Shown here: positions 1 through 12,260 of the stretch, one piece after another
Layout of the letters: each line of letters starts with the position of its first letter
How positions within the stretch are numbered: position 1 is the stretch's first letter
Assembly (NCBI RefSeq): GCF_006345805.1
Contig: NC_042999.1
Location: 123,070,001-123,134,000, forward strand
Source: Octopus sinensis
Lineage: Eukaryota
Direction: 5' to 3'
DNA: 64,000 nt
The notes under the pieces: generated by a model
What the model was told of the DNA's origin: nothing
The model's input: the letters and a program-made list of their open reading frames with translations, nothing else
Database searches by the model: none
Translations under genes and position numbers: made by a program

Positions 1-59
1 TCCCACTTGCTGCTCTGCTTTTCAAATAGGTTAATATTGCACATCTGTGTAATCATATT

Positions 60-720
60 TTGCATATTTCTCTTCAACTTTCACAAATCTTTTGCATTTA
101 ATACCCTTGTACCTCAGTCGAGCAACATTATTTTTCATACACATCTTTATAAAGTTTCTTTTCATGGGAAGAAAGAAAGACCTTTATTGCCTATAAATGC
201 AACAGCTGCTTAAATATCTCCTTCTGCTTCTTTACTATAGAAATTATATTTTTGCTATAGCCACTGTCAGCATTAATTAGATCACCTATGTAGTAAAAAT
301 TATCAAACATGTCTAGTAGGGCTGATCATAGATGTTCTTACATCTATGCCTCTGTAACATCCTAAATTATGATTCCCAATCAATTTGCCAGCTCCTTCTG
401 TACATTTTGTGTATCAGTTTCTCCCCTGCAATTGATACACAATAGCATGGACTGTGAACTTCCTTGATACTTCCTTCCTACATGTTGACCAAGGCCATTT
501 ACCTGGAGCACTGGTATTTTGTGCTCTCTGTTAGTAATTAGCATTTTAAACTTTGTCATGTTAAACTTGAGACTTCTGAATTCTTCTGCATTCTTCCAGG
601 TTCTTATGATTTCTCTGCAACACTTTGATAAATTTTCCCATGAGAACTATGTCATCCACATTCATAAACCACCTATTTTAAATATAGGGACTTTTGGTGA
701 TGCTGGTGATGGTTGATATT
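60..720 (-). mobile_element. Highly decayed LINE reverse-transcriptase remnant (RTE-like)
   Basis: The minus strand near 560-670 gives a YADD-like core followed by ...WKNAEEFRSLKFNMTKFK, resembling the RTE L..W..LE..GLK.N..KTK block. Many stops. Confidence 0.4.
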
Positions 721-1303
721 TGCTGTGAAACTGAAATTTAGCTTTTGTTTTTGGAGCATCTTAAAACTACTTTGAATGGTTTCAGTTATCAGAAAAACAG
801 AGACATCAATAAAAGATGCTAAAAATAATACTTTAACATTTCTCTATTCATTATTTGGCAAATGGTTGACAATATATGCACCATGGCTTTTGACACTGAC
901 AGCAAAACTATTACTGTTCAAGGGAAATATCTTATTTCAGCAACAATCAATTTTAACTGTTGCTCTAAGTACCTGTGGGAATTAACAATAATGACTATTC
1001 AAAAGACTGTTATCAAAAGACAAACTAATGACTGACATAGCTTCAACTAATAAAGTGAAACATGTTTACATGTGAGTATTCCATGTTGTATAAAAGAATA
1101 TGTATAGAGTTACTTGGATATATTTAAATTACGTATGAGTATTCCATTGACTGCAGAATGTATTAAGGTATCCTAAACATGTTGCTTATGACAATTTAGA
1201 AAGTGAAACAATCTGCTATTCAAAATGTAGGGTACAACATTGATAATATTACAGGCAAATATCCATATCTTTCTTAGTTTATTTTTCTGCATCTCATTCA
1301 ACG

Positions 1304-2402
1304 TATGAGATGCATTCAAATATCATCTAACGTTTGGGCATAAAAAAAATCAACAAATTTTATTTAATCTCTTTCAAAATACTCCCATTGGGAGTTCGTA
1401 TACTTCTTCTTGCAGTTCTACCATTGCTGGTAACACCTGGAACAAATTATCTGGAATGATATGGAGCTCCATCATCACTTTTCACATAATTTCCCTTTAT
1501 GACTCAAATCATTTCCCTTTGAGCATGGTTTCCAGTTTGGGAAAGAACCAGAAATCACATGGTGCCAAGTTGAGAGTGTAGGGAGCCTGTTGAACAAGTG
1601 GTGTGTTGTTCTTGACCAGGAAAGCGTGGATTATGTGGGCAGAATGAGCAGGTGCATTGTCATGAAGTCGATAATTCTTTGCTACCTCCATGTCCAGTTG
1701 TTTTCGACACAGTATCATGAAGGCAACATATAACCTCCGGGTAGTATTCCTTACTGATTGTTTGGCCTTGTGGTTTGTATTCAGGATGCACAATACCACA
1801 GGAGTCAAAGAAACAGGTAAACATTACCTTCATATTGCTGCAAACTGTTGTGCTTGTTTGGGCCTTGATGATGATAGATGCTGCCATTGGAAGGACTGGG
1901 ACTTGGGCTCTGGGTCATAACCATAAAACCATGTTTCTCCACATGGGCCGATGATCTTCATGAATTCTGGGTCATAGTTTGCCCAGTCTAGCATATCCTA
2001 AGCAATTTTCACCTGCACCTTGGGGATGAATTTCGCTGACACTCTCTGCATGCACAAATCCTCTGTTAAAATGGAATGCACTGATCCTATGCTTATTCTC
2101 ACTTTGAGAGCAGTTTCTTGGATTGTTACACAATGGTTTTCCATAGCTATTTGCCAAACTTTCTGAATTGGTTCCTTGTTTCGGCTTCTGGATGGCCTGC
2201 CTGAGCATTCCTCATTCTCCACTGAGGTGCAGCCATGTTTGAAGCAACTGTACCACTCCTTGATCTGAGTTCACTCACGATATTAATTATTCTACATGCA
2301 CAGGAAGTAAGGCATCACTTCTCACCCAAAGGATTTTACCCATGCAGTTTTAGCATTGGCCAGAAAAAATAAAGTCAGATGCTTTTTGAACACACCTTGT
2401 TA
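1304..2402 (-). mobile_element. Mariner (DD34D) DNA transposon, inactivated, with decayed terminal inverted repeats
   Basis: Minus-strand ORF pieces: EECSGRPS...SIGSVHSILTEDLCMQRVSAKFIPK (HTH and WVP-like linker), KVMFTCFFDSCGIVH, and HDNAPAH...APYTLNLAPCDFWFFPKL with exactly 34 residues between the 2nd and 3rd catalytic D. The left end tatgagatgcattcaaatatcatctaac aligns with the reverse complement of the right end (..acaaggtgtgttcaaaaagcatctgac). Frameshifted. Confidence 0.93.
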
Positions 2403-2762
2403 CATCCACCTTAGTGAAGGCAGAGATATTGTTTTCAGTCATGTTTGCTTGTCCATGGACAAGATATCTTAAGAACCACTGGATGGATTTGGATGAAACT
2501 TTCAGGGATGTTTGGCCTCATGACTGGCACGAATTGTTTAGATTTTGGGATCAATTTGGTCCTGGACAAGTATTCTGGATTATTTTTCCTTGTTTTTTAC
2601 TTAATTTTTGAGAGGAGTTGGGTTCATTTTTAGTATTCTCATTTGTGAGAGCAGTCAAGTTTATTTCAGATATTCTCATTTTAAAAATCATCTCTGGCTA
2701 ATCATTGAGAGAACATTGGTGTTGCCTTGGCAGAGGTTTGCACTCTCTGAGTGCTCTTGTTT
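2401..2762 (+). mobile_element. Helentron-associated non-autonomous element (HINE/DINE-1-like)
   Basis: 5' acatccaccttagtgaaggcagag..gttttcagtcatgtttgcttgtcc, internal ggatttggatgaaactttcagg, 3' subterminal ccttggcagagg followed by hairpin gcactc-tct-gagtgc (2740-2754) and a T-rich end. This is the standard HINE architecture. Confidence 0.65.
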
Positions 2763-2829
2763 TTATCTTTAAATTGACGATTGACTTTATCACCCTAAAT
2801 CCGCCTTTGATTTCTCTTTTGATTTTGAG

Positions 2830-3153
2830 ATATCTTTTACTTGTTTCAGTCATTGAGCTTTGACCATGCTAGGGTACCACAGTGAATGGTTTAGTCCAAA
2901 TTGACCCCAATACTTATTGTTTTAACCCTGGTACTTATTCTGTCAGTCCTTTTCTGCCAAACTGCTACATAACAGGTATATACACAAACCAACATTGATT
3001 CTGAAGCAGTGTTGGGGGATGAAGACAAACATGTGCACGTACACACACAGATATATCCATATATATACATGTATATATGTGTGTGTGTGTCTCTCTCTCT
3101 CTATACACGTACACACACACACACACACACATACACACACACACACATATATA

Positions 3154-3195
<42 letters not shown>

Positions 3196-3290
3196 AAAGT
3201 AGAAGGCATTTGCCCATGGTGTCATACACTGGGATTGAACCTGCAGCATGTTGTTGAGAAGCAAACTTCTTACCACACAGCCATACCTGT
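2830..3290 (-). mobile_element. tRNA-derived SINE (family B here) with internal CA/TA microsatellite
   Basis: Reverse complement aligns along head and tail with the plus-strand copy at 9887-10270 (ggctgtgtggtaag..ggttcaatccca head; gaataagtac..ggggtc..catgg..aatgactgaaacaagtaaaaga tail). Confidence 0.88.
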
Positions 3291-4108
3291 GTATATACTT
3301 GGTTTATATTAAAATATTTGCTGGGGATAGTATTTATATCTGAAATAATTTCAAATATATTATCTTCTCTTGATTATGCGTTAGTCAGAAATTTTACAGC
3401 TGTTTCAATTTTTCTAAAACAAAAGTTGCTAAACTTCCATTCATTTGATTAACACATTGTCTTTACTTGATCTTTGCTGAAACTCCAAACAAGATTCTAT
3501 GATAGATTTATGGTTCCTCTCAGATTATTTAAGACATTTTCTGGTTTCATTTATTATGTTTAAACATATTCATGATGATGTAGTTTGGTATATTTTAATG
3601 AATAATTAAAATACATTACAAATTCTAATGAAGATCAGTTATTTAAATGAAACTACATCCTATGAGCATAAACATCAGCAGAGGCTATATAAAGTTTACA
3701 TCTTTCATTATGATTAGTTTCTGTAACTGTGTGTGTTCTTGTAATCCCTTAAATAAAGATTTTATTTTGCATGCTTTATTTGAGACACTGCTCTCCAAAC
3801 CTCAGTGATATATTTGGGACTACTTTGTAATATTCTTCTGAACAGTTTTGCTAACTATAAAAATTTCCTATTATTTTTTCCCTTCTTCTCAATGGTATTT
3901 CCACTGGTAAGTTTTTTTTCTCATTGCCCGCAATTTTGGTTGACTGTACAGTTATAAAAGAGACTAAATTAATATTTTTCTTTTTCTTCATCATACTACC
4001 TTCTTTACAATATTGGTATGTGCTGCAGATATCAATAGTACAGTACATTACTATTCTTCATAATCCATTTTCTAATTATCAGCATATATGGTTTGGCTTT
4101 TTTATCAG

Positions 4109-4123
4109 TACCTGCAAAATCAG
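4109..4123 (+). CDS. Candidate 15-nt microexon of an unidentified plus-strand host gene
   Basis: tttggctttttttatcag|TACCTGCAAAATCAG|gtagag; frame-preserving; TGCATG at 4236-4241. Confidence 0.45.
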
Positions 4124-4479
4124 GTAGAGTAGTAAGACTAAATTATTGACCAATACAGTTTGTTTTAAATGTAAAAGAACCCCAAACACACAATAAATTA
4201 CCTTTTGATTAAGTATTGCTTTTAATCAGCCATAATGCATGCATATAAGCTCACACATTCATTTTAATTATAGATTTCATATATTTCATTAATATATATA
4301 TTATATATGTAAAATATACATATATAATATAATATATTTTATGCCTAAATATATTTTATATATCTGTATTTAATAGATATATTTTATATATTTTATACAA
4401 GTAAGTGAATAAGCAAAAGAAAGTAGCACTCTACAAATTTAGTTTGGGTTACATGTATTTCATAACAATTAGACTCATC

Positions 4480-4850
4480 TCTATTCCTTAGAGCATAAGC
4501 GAAAAAGATATGCTATAATATACATCTGGAAGATCCTGGAGGGACTTGCCCCAAACCTTGGTATCAAGAGTTACACAAATACTAGAACAGGGCACCACAG
4601 CATAGTGCCAAGGACTCTAAATTTGTCATGAAGATATAGGACAAGATATTGCAATAGCCTGGGCTTCAGGGGACCACAGCACTTCAGTATCCCCCAAAGG
4701 ACCTGAGAGACCTGCATAGAGTGGATGTAGGTGTCTTCAAAATGAAACTGGACCTATTACTGTCAAGTATCTCAGACGAACCAACTTCACAGCCGGATGT
4801 GCAGATGAGGGCAGCAGCATCGAACACTCTCATGCACTAAATGTCAATTT
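4480..4850 (+). mobile_element. CR1-like LINE 3' fragment (RT C-terminus)
   Basis: Translates to ..RKRYAIIYIWKILEGLAPNLGI...NSLGFRGP....PKDLRDLHRVDVGVFKMKLDLLLSSISDEP.., typical of CR1-group ORF2 ends. Confidence 0.8.
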
Positions 4851-5149
4851 CTAAAAAGAAATAGTGAAGTAAAATACATTAGCTCTTTCAGTAATTACTC
4901 TAAGGCTATTACAAAGAAATTAGTTAGGAATATTTCGCTTAGACTTTCTAGATTATCTGCTAATGTTGATATCTTCAACGATAAAGCTGAAGCAGGCTAT
5001 AAAGAAAAAATTACCTATATTAACCCTATTGACATTAATTCTGCCTCTATTAATCAGGACATGAAATCAAATTGTAACAAAGCATCTTTGAAGTGATCTC
5101 CGTAGTTATCTGCATCAGAAAAACAGTAGATAATACCTATGATAAAATT

Positions 5150-5885
5150 GAGGTCAGTCACATGCATTATTAGTGCATTGCCCATTCTGTTGGAGTGGGA
5201 GAGGAGGACATTTGTTGCCAGGTCTTCTTGGATGAAGATCGCTACTTCTCCTTGTTTTCATACTCTGTGGTCAGTTCTGAGTAGTACATAACCTGACATA
5301 TGTACTTCCGCATCCAGTATATCTGAGGTCAGATGCGTTTCACTTAGTGCTACATATATTGTCCTTTCTCACTATACAAGGTCTCACTTGTGCAAGGTCT
5401 CTAAGATAGGATACATTTGTTTCATTTGTGAAGTGTGAAAGACCTCATAATTTCGACATTATTATTGAGTTGAGTTTGTCAGTTAATGACAGCAATGGTT
5501 TGGTTGTGTGCTGGGGTAATAGCAGTGGTTGGTGTTGTATGAGAGCTAGAAGGTTTTTCTTTTAATTTCTTTTGCCAGATTCATCATCACTGAAGAAGAA
5601 TTTTCTTGTTTTGGGAGGAGTTGTTGTTTGGAGTTGGTATGGTTGCACTGTTGAATATGGTTATAGTTATTTCATTTGCAGCTGTTGATTTTACTATTGT
5701 ACTCAGTAGATATCTGGGTGACTTCTTGGCTTCAATGAAAGTCTAGAGCAACACTGCCACTGTAAGGGATGTTTTATTGTGGATTTGGTGGTGGTTTAAT
5801 AATAATTTCCTATTATTTTTCCCTTATTCTAAATGGTATTTCCACTGGTAAGTTTTTTTCTCATTGTCCGCAATTTTAGCTGTTT
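5150..5885 (-). mobile_element. CR1-like LINE apurinic endonuclease N-terminal fragment
   Basis: Minus strand gives NIYVALSETHLTSDILDAEVHMSGYVLLRTDHRV*KQGEVAIFIQED, matching APE motifs (SETHL, GY..R.DR, GGVAIY). Confidence 0.8.
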
Positions 5886-6099
5886 AAACACTATCAATAT
5901 ATGATACTCCTTGAGAGCATTCTATATCATTAAATGTCTAAGCTTACTTTTATAAAGCATAAATGCATTTATGTCTTATAAACCAGACATACAAATGTTA
6001 GTTTTGTTAAAATGCTAGAACTGGACAGTTAAGTTTTTTTTTTTTTTTAGAAAACTGTGTGTAGAGTACAATAGACTTCTAATTAATTTAATGAAAAGG

Positions 6100-6862
6100 G
6101 TTCAAATAATAGTGCTCACCACAACATCAAGAACAACAAGTTTGAAGAAATTTACCGCTGGGCTCTGGATGGTGTTGCTGAACCACCAGAGAAGTGTGGT
6201 TGACATAAAGAACCACAAGCTGCTTTAAGAACTTTGTTTAACATTTTGCATGAAGTTATGTTTGATGAAACTACAGAGCTTTGAATGAAATCTCATTTGT
6301 CACATGTTTTGCAAATTGTTGTTTAGAAGGAAAAGCCTCAGGAAAGGCTTTTGGGATACGTCAATGTCAGCAAAGACAGAAAAATTTTAAATACCATTGT
6401 TTAAAAATTTTTAATTCAGTTCAGTTGGATTGTTGAATCTGAAGCTTTTTCATGCTTACAATAAAAATTTTTGATGGAAGCACTTTTATTGAATGTTTGT
6501 AAGAACATTAAATTTAGATGGATTGAAATGTGAGCTAAAACCAATTAATGCTGCAGATTTTGCAAATTAAGTGTCAAAAATGCAATAAGTTACAGACATA
6601 ATATGGAAGCTTGAATTAAATCAAGCTCTAGCCAAAGTAACAAAATTATGATTGATTCTGACCATAACTACAACATCTGCTTTCTGGAATATATTGCTTT
6701 CTTCATTAAAATGAGTAAATAGTTATATGAGGTGTTCCCAAAGTAAAGAGAAATTCAAAAATTTAGTTTTCTATTTCATGAATAAAGACCTTTTGAAGAA
6801 GATGAAGGCAGACCATGGTGCTGATACGTTTTATATTAAAGTAATCAATAAATTTGCCATCA
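6100..6862 (+). mobile_element. hAT transposase remnant (internally deleted)
   Basis: VMFDETTEL*MKSHLSHVLQIVV..KPQERLLGYVNVSKD (DETTD..SQLS..ERFLG motif) and LTITTTSA...LK..YMRCSQSKEKFKNLVF..NKDLL...VINKFA (hAT dimerisation domain). Confidence 0.8.
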
Positions 6863-6934
6863 ACCCCTACCACTGTTCGTCTCGGGTTGGTGATCATTAT
6901 CCCAAACAATGGTCAACCATCTAACTTAAAAGAA

Positions 6935-7490
6935 GGCCATTAATGCCAAATTTAGTGAATTTGATATTAAAGGGGCTGTTTGCCTCCTCTCTGTCCTCCC
7001 TTGCCCAGTGTATTACAGATTCTCTCAATTGACTGAAGTAAAAACATACTCCTGCTCCTCGGGATGAGTACCTACACTGGCCCAACCCACCAGGGTTTTT
7101 GCCTCTGATAATGTCGGGAAGGTGACTGCATCCTTTCTGGCAGGTTCTGGCACTGGGATCAATAGCTCATGACCTCAGCATCTCAAAGATGGTATCTCCC
7201 AGTCAACTGATTGTACTGGTCTTGAGAGCTCTTGGAAAACCTAATGCAGTTCATTAACTTGTTCTCATCTGAGTGCCCTTTCCTACAGTCATCCTCTGTT
7301 CTTTGGGACCAAACTATTTGGTCTCACCAAGCCCAATGGCGACCTCCACCCCATAGCCATTGGTTGTGCTCTCCAATGGTTTACTGCAAATATGCATCTG
7401 TCCTCAGGTTCTAACTGCCTGTCTGCTGATTTTTCCCCTGTTCAGCTATTCACATTGCTATTTAGTCAGGTGGGATGCCCAGAGGCATTA
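6935..7490 (+). mobile_element. CRE/R2-group LINE RT internal fragment nested in the hAT remnant
   Basis: KFSEFDIKGAVCLLS, SFLAGSGTGINSS*PQHLKD and GLTKPNGDLHPIAIGCAL resemble CRE-type RT domains 0-2 (SF..GSAGGPDGLRPQHLKD; K..GG.RPIAVG). Confidence 0.6.
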
Positions 7491-8694
7491 TCAAAACTTA
7501 AAAGAACCTTGAAATTTAAATTATTATTTTTGTTTTTGCAATATTTTTTAAATGTGGAATAAAAATACATATTGAACCATTCTTCAAACAACTGTTTTGT
7601 CACCCAAGCCCTTTTATTCAGTTTCCAAATAGAAGTGGGAGTATTTCTGTTTCAAAGTTTTTGAGTGGTAATTAATAGGCAGAAAGCATTTTTTATTCAA
7701 TGCTAATTTTTATGAAAAGAGGCGTGTCTGGATATTTTCTATAAACTCATGAAAAAAGATCGGATAACTATATGAATTTTGGTTGAATTTCAAGGAGTTT
7801 TGTCGATTTATTTTGAATGTACTAGTTAAGTAGTTGAAGGTGTGGCACATGATCTCATGCATGAAGGATTGGTGCGGAACTGAAGATATGGTGCTGCCAA
7901 TGCTTCAAAGGGTTTGTGCAAAAAAGAAAACAAAAAAAAACAACAAACACTTATTGAAATGAGCTAATCAAATTTGACACAACATATATTAAGGGGCAGT
8001 CTCAAAAATTTTTTGCACACTAATCATGGGGTTCCTGTATACATTTTGGAAATGTTTGTATGTAGGTTTCTCATACTTCAAAACTGCATCGAAGGAGGGG
8101 AACTATTTTCATTTCCAGACTCTCTATATCTCAGAGCATATAATACTATACTTTTCATGGAAAATGGGATAGGGTGGAACACTAGGAAATTCCCTTCCCC
8201 AACCTTAGTGTGTGGTGGTGGGGGTGGGCTGCATGCCCTAGTCACCCTTTGTCATTGATATATATGTATATATATCTTTAAGTCTATAGCTATTTAATGC
8301 TTGCAACCACTTATATTATTGTTGTTATTATCAACTATTTATATTACCATGGATAACAATAACAATATCTATATAAATATTCACTCCTGAATATTTGCTC
8401 CTTATTGGTATATTTACACTGAGGCTGTTCTGATTTTGGCACAAAACAATTCAGAATGCTGGCAGATTTCAATGTGACAAGGAAGGTGAGGCTGTTTGCC
8501 AGACCACAAACGATGGTCCACATATATCCAAATACCAAGAAATATAAAGCATTGGGCTATATAGGTATGTGGAAGATTTTTGTGGCCCGTTCACCTGACT
8601 ACTGTTGTTTTTCTGTTATATTTTTAAGTGTTTTTATTATTGGTTTAAATGAGGGTTTCAACTCCTCTTTCTAGCAAGTAGGCACCTATGGCAC

Positions 8695-8741
8695 CTATAC
8701 ATATATATATATATTATATATATATATATATATAGACATAT

Positions 8742-8783
<42 letters not shown>

Positions 8784-8791
8784 TATATATA

Positions 8792-8834
<43 letters not shown>

Positions 8835-8900
8835 TACATGCATATATATATGTATATATCGACACAAACAGATAGATATAGATGTATATATATATCTATA
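8695..8900. repeat. (TA)n microsatellite with interruptions
   Basis: Directly visible. Confidence 0.98.
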
Positions 8901-9362
8901 TAATTTGAGGAACTAAAGTCCCTTAAGGGATGCTGGCATTCTAGTGCTTTGATTTTTACCAGCATTCAGTGAAAACCAAGTATATTAGTATATCACTGAA
9001 ACATGTAGGATTTTCAGCAAAGTTTAAATTAAGAAAATGGAGATGACAGAAAAGATTTTCATAGAAATGTTTCTATCTAAAGTCATTCAAATAATGCATA
9101 TCAAGTCTTACCTACAGCTGTTTTGATACAGAATTCATTAATTTAAGATATAGAATTCCATATACGAAACAGTGAATTGCGTATATTCTCATTGAGAAAT
9201 TTTTAAAGAAATTTAGTAACATGTCGGCTAACCTTCGACAAACTCAGAAAAGGTTTGTTTTCTTTTTAACACAAATGTTCCTTGGAAACCTTCATTGCCA
9301 CATATACACAAAAACGCATACTTTCTACACATCCTTACTCATGCCAGTATGATGCACAATAA

Positions 9363-9590
9363 TGTTCGTCCTTCGGTTCGAAGATGACCAACTGACATCA
9401 TCTGATGGAACTGCCGCCATGAGACCTGAGGTGGCTGCTGAGGCCAATCCGGGCAAGGAAGCCCCTCCCACAGGTGGGGCAGAAGTGGGTAGGGGCCGTG
9501 CTACTGGTGCAGGCGGCTCTGGCTTTACGCATCTGACGTTTCTGCTCCGCTGACCGAATCCGTCCCTCCTCGGCTGTCCCTGCTCCCACT
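9363..9590 (-). mobile_element. RTE (BovB-like) LINE, 5'-truncated 3' end
   Basis: Minus ORF 9398-9589: AEQKRQMRKAR...THFCPTCGRGFLARIGLSSHLRSH, the RTE C-terminal C2H2 motif, followed by a short 3' UTR. GC-rich with CpGs retained, so young. Confidence 0.9.
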
Positions 9591-9886
9591 AGTTCATTGA
9601 TGGTTTTATGATAGTTAAGATATAGACATTATCGAGAGAAAAAGAATAGTGGATAAAACTAGTGAATGGAGGAGAACGTTATAGATTAATTGTTAAAGAG
9701 AGAGCAGCTAGACAAGACAGTTCATTGAGCCTATGCCTGTCGATAATAATACAGTTTAATGAAACATATATCAAACTCCACCTAACTGAAATCAAAATTG
9801 CTATGTTAATCAATGTTTATGCAAATACACTGTCTATATGTATCAAGTAAATACAAATGGAACCCATGTATCACTAGATTAACCAA

Positions 9887-10270
9887 CAGGCACAGGAGTG
9901 GCTGTGTGGTAAGTAGCTTGCTAACCAACCACATGGTTCCGGGTTCAATCCCACTGCGTGGCATCTTGGGCAAGTATCTTCTGCTATAGCCCCGGGCCGA
10001 CCAATGCCTTGTGAGTGGATTTGGTAGACGGAAACTGAAAGAAGCCTGTCATATATATGTATATATATATGTTTGTGTTTGTCCCCCTAGCATTGCTTGA
10101 CAACCGATGCTGGTGTGTTTACATCTCCGTCACTTAGCGGTTCAGCAAAAGAGACCGATAGAATAAGTACTGGGCTTACAAAGAATAAGTCCCGGGGTCG
10201 ATTTGCTCGACTAAAGGCGGTGCTCCAGCATGGCTGCAGTCAAATGACTGCAACAAGTAAAAGAGTAAAA
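9887..10270 (+). mobile_element. tRNA-derived SINE (family B), near full length and young
   Basis: Pol III box A (tggctgtgtggtaag) and box B (gggttcaatcccact), body gtggatttggtagacggaaactgaaagaagc, internal TA/TG run, tail ending caagtaaaagagtaaaaga. Confidence 0.92.
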
Positions 10271-10394
10271 GAGAGAGTACAGAAAATAAACACACACACA
10301 CACATATATATCCATACATACACTCATACATATATACATACATATATATACACACACATACACATATACCAATACATATACATGTACAAATACA

Positions 10395-10428
<34 letters not shown>

Positions 10429-10744
10429 CATTTTATTTAAACGTAAATATCTGTAATATAAGCGATTATCAATGATTACTCCAAACCTAATAATAATTCC
10501 TAAATGTCTATTTTGATGCATGGACACAAGAAAATCCCATTTCTATTTAGTATTTAATAGACTTCTCCAAACTTGAATCAAATACAGCACTTCTAAAGAA
10601 AGAAAGCAAAAACACTTACCAGGTTTATAAGCAGTAGCCTGACTTATAATTTCGGTGGTGGGTATTTCTTGGGCTTAAATAATCCACTTACAAATTAGTC
10701 CTTTTCTTCAGTAATGCTACTTATTGGTGTATCATTTTTGTTTA

Positions 10745-11546
10745 TACATATATATATATAGTTATATATATATATAGATATAGATATATATATAGATATA
10801 GATATATATATATATAGATATATATATAGATATAGATATATATGTAGATATAGATCTATATATATAGATATATATATATATAGATATATGTCTATGTTTA
10901 TATATATGCATATATATATATATATATGTATATGTTTATATATATATGCATATATATATATGTATATGTTTATATATATATGCATATATATATATGTATA
11001 TGTTTATATTTATATACGCATATACATATATATGTATATGTTTATATATGTATATATATGTATATGTTTATATATGTATATATATGCATATATATATATA
11101 TATATGTTTTGTATATATATATATATATGTTTATATATATATGTTTATATATATAAGTATATTTATATATATATATATATATATGTATTATATATATATA
11201 TATATATATAATATATATATATATATATGCATATATATATGTATATTTATACATATATATATATATGCATATATATATATATGTTATATATATGTATATG
11301 TTTATATATATGTATATGTTTATATATATATGCATATATATATATGTATATGTTTATATATATATGCATATATGTATATGTTTATATTTATATACGCATA
11401 TACATCATCATCATCGTTTAGCGTCCGTTTTCCATGCTAGCATGGGTTACATATATATGTATATGTTTATATATGTATATATATGTATATATATGTATAT
11501 GTTTATATATGTATATATATGCATATATATATATATATATGTTATA

Positions 11547-11577
<31 letters not shown>

Positions 11578-11750
11578 GTAATATATATATATATGCATAT
11601 ATATATATATGTGTATATATATATATATGTTTATATATATGTATTATATATATATATGTTTATATATATGTATATATATATATATGTTTATATATATATG
11701 TATAATATATATATGTATATGTTTATATATATGTATATGTTTAATATATG

Positions 11751-11835
<85 letters not shown>

Positions 11836-11840
11836 ATGTG

Positions 11841-11882
<42 letters not shown>

Positions 11883-12260
11883 TATATATGTATATGTATA
11901 TATATATGTGTATATATGTATATGTATATATATATGTGTATATATGTATATGTTTATATATATGTATATTTTATATATATGTATGTATATATGTATATAT
12001 ATGTATATATATATATATGTGTATATATGTATATATATGTATATGTATGTATATATATGTATATATATATGTATAATATATATATATATATATATATGTA
12101 TATGTATATATGCATATGTATATATACATGTTTTAATATATATGTTTACGTACATATGTATGTTTATATATAGATATATATATATATATGTGTATGTTTG
12201 TATATCTATATATATATGTGTGTGTATATATCTGTATGTGTGTTTATATATATGTTTATA
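10745..12260. repeat. ~1.5-kb compound TA/TG/TAGA microsatellite with higher-order units
   Basis: Directly visible. It produces all the IY/YI-rich ORFs in the track. Confidence 0.98.
11403..11447 (-). mobile_element. Extreme 3' tail of the (CAT)n-tailed retroposon family, embedded in the microsatellite
   Basis: catcatcatcatcgtttagcgtccgttttccatgctagcatgggtt matches the tails at 40003 and 53641. Confidence 0.85.

Noticed and set aside
8451-8490. Possible 31-nt exon ttcag|AATGCT..GGAAG|gtgagg
   Set aside because: Good donor but a purine-rich, weak acceptor; no supporting motifs.
9887-9960. tRNA-like sequence with A and B boxes (also at 43387 and other SINE heads)
   Set aside because: These are SINE heads with no complete cloverleaf, so not tRNA genes.
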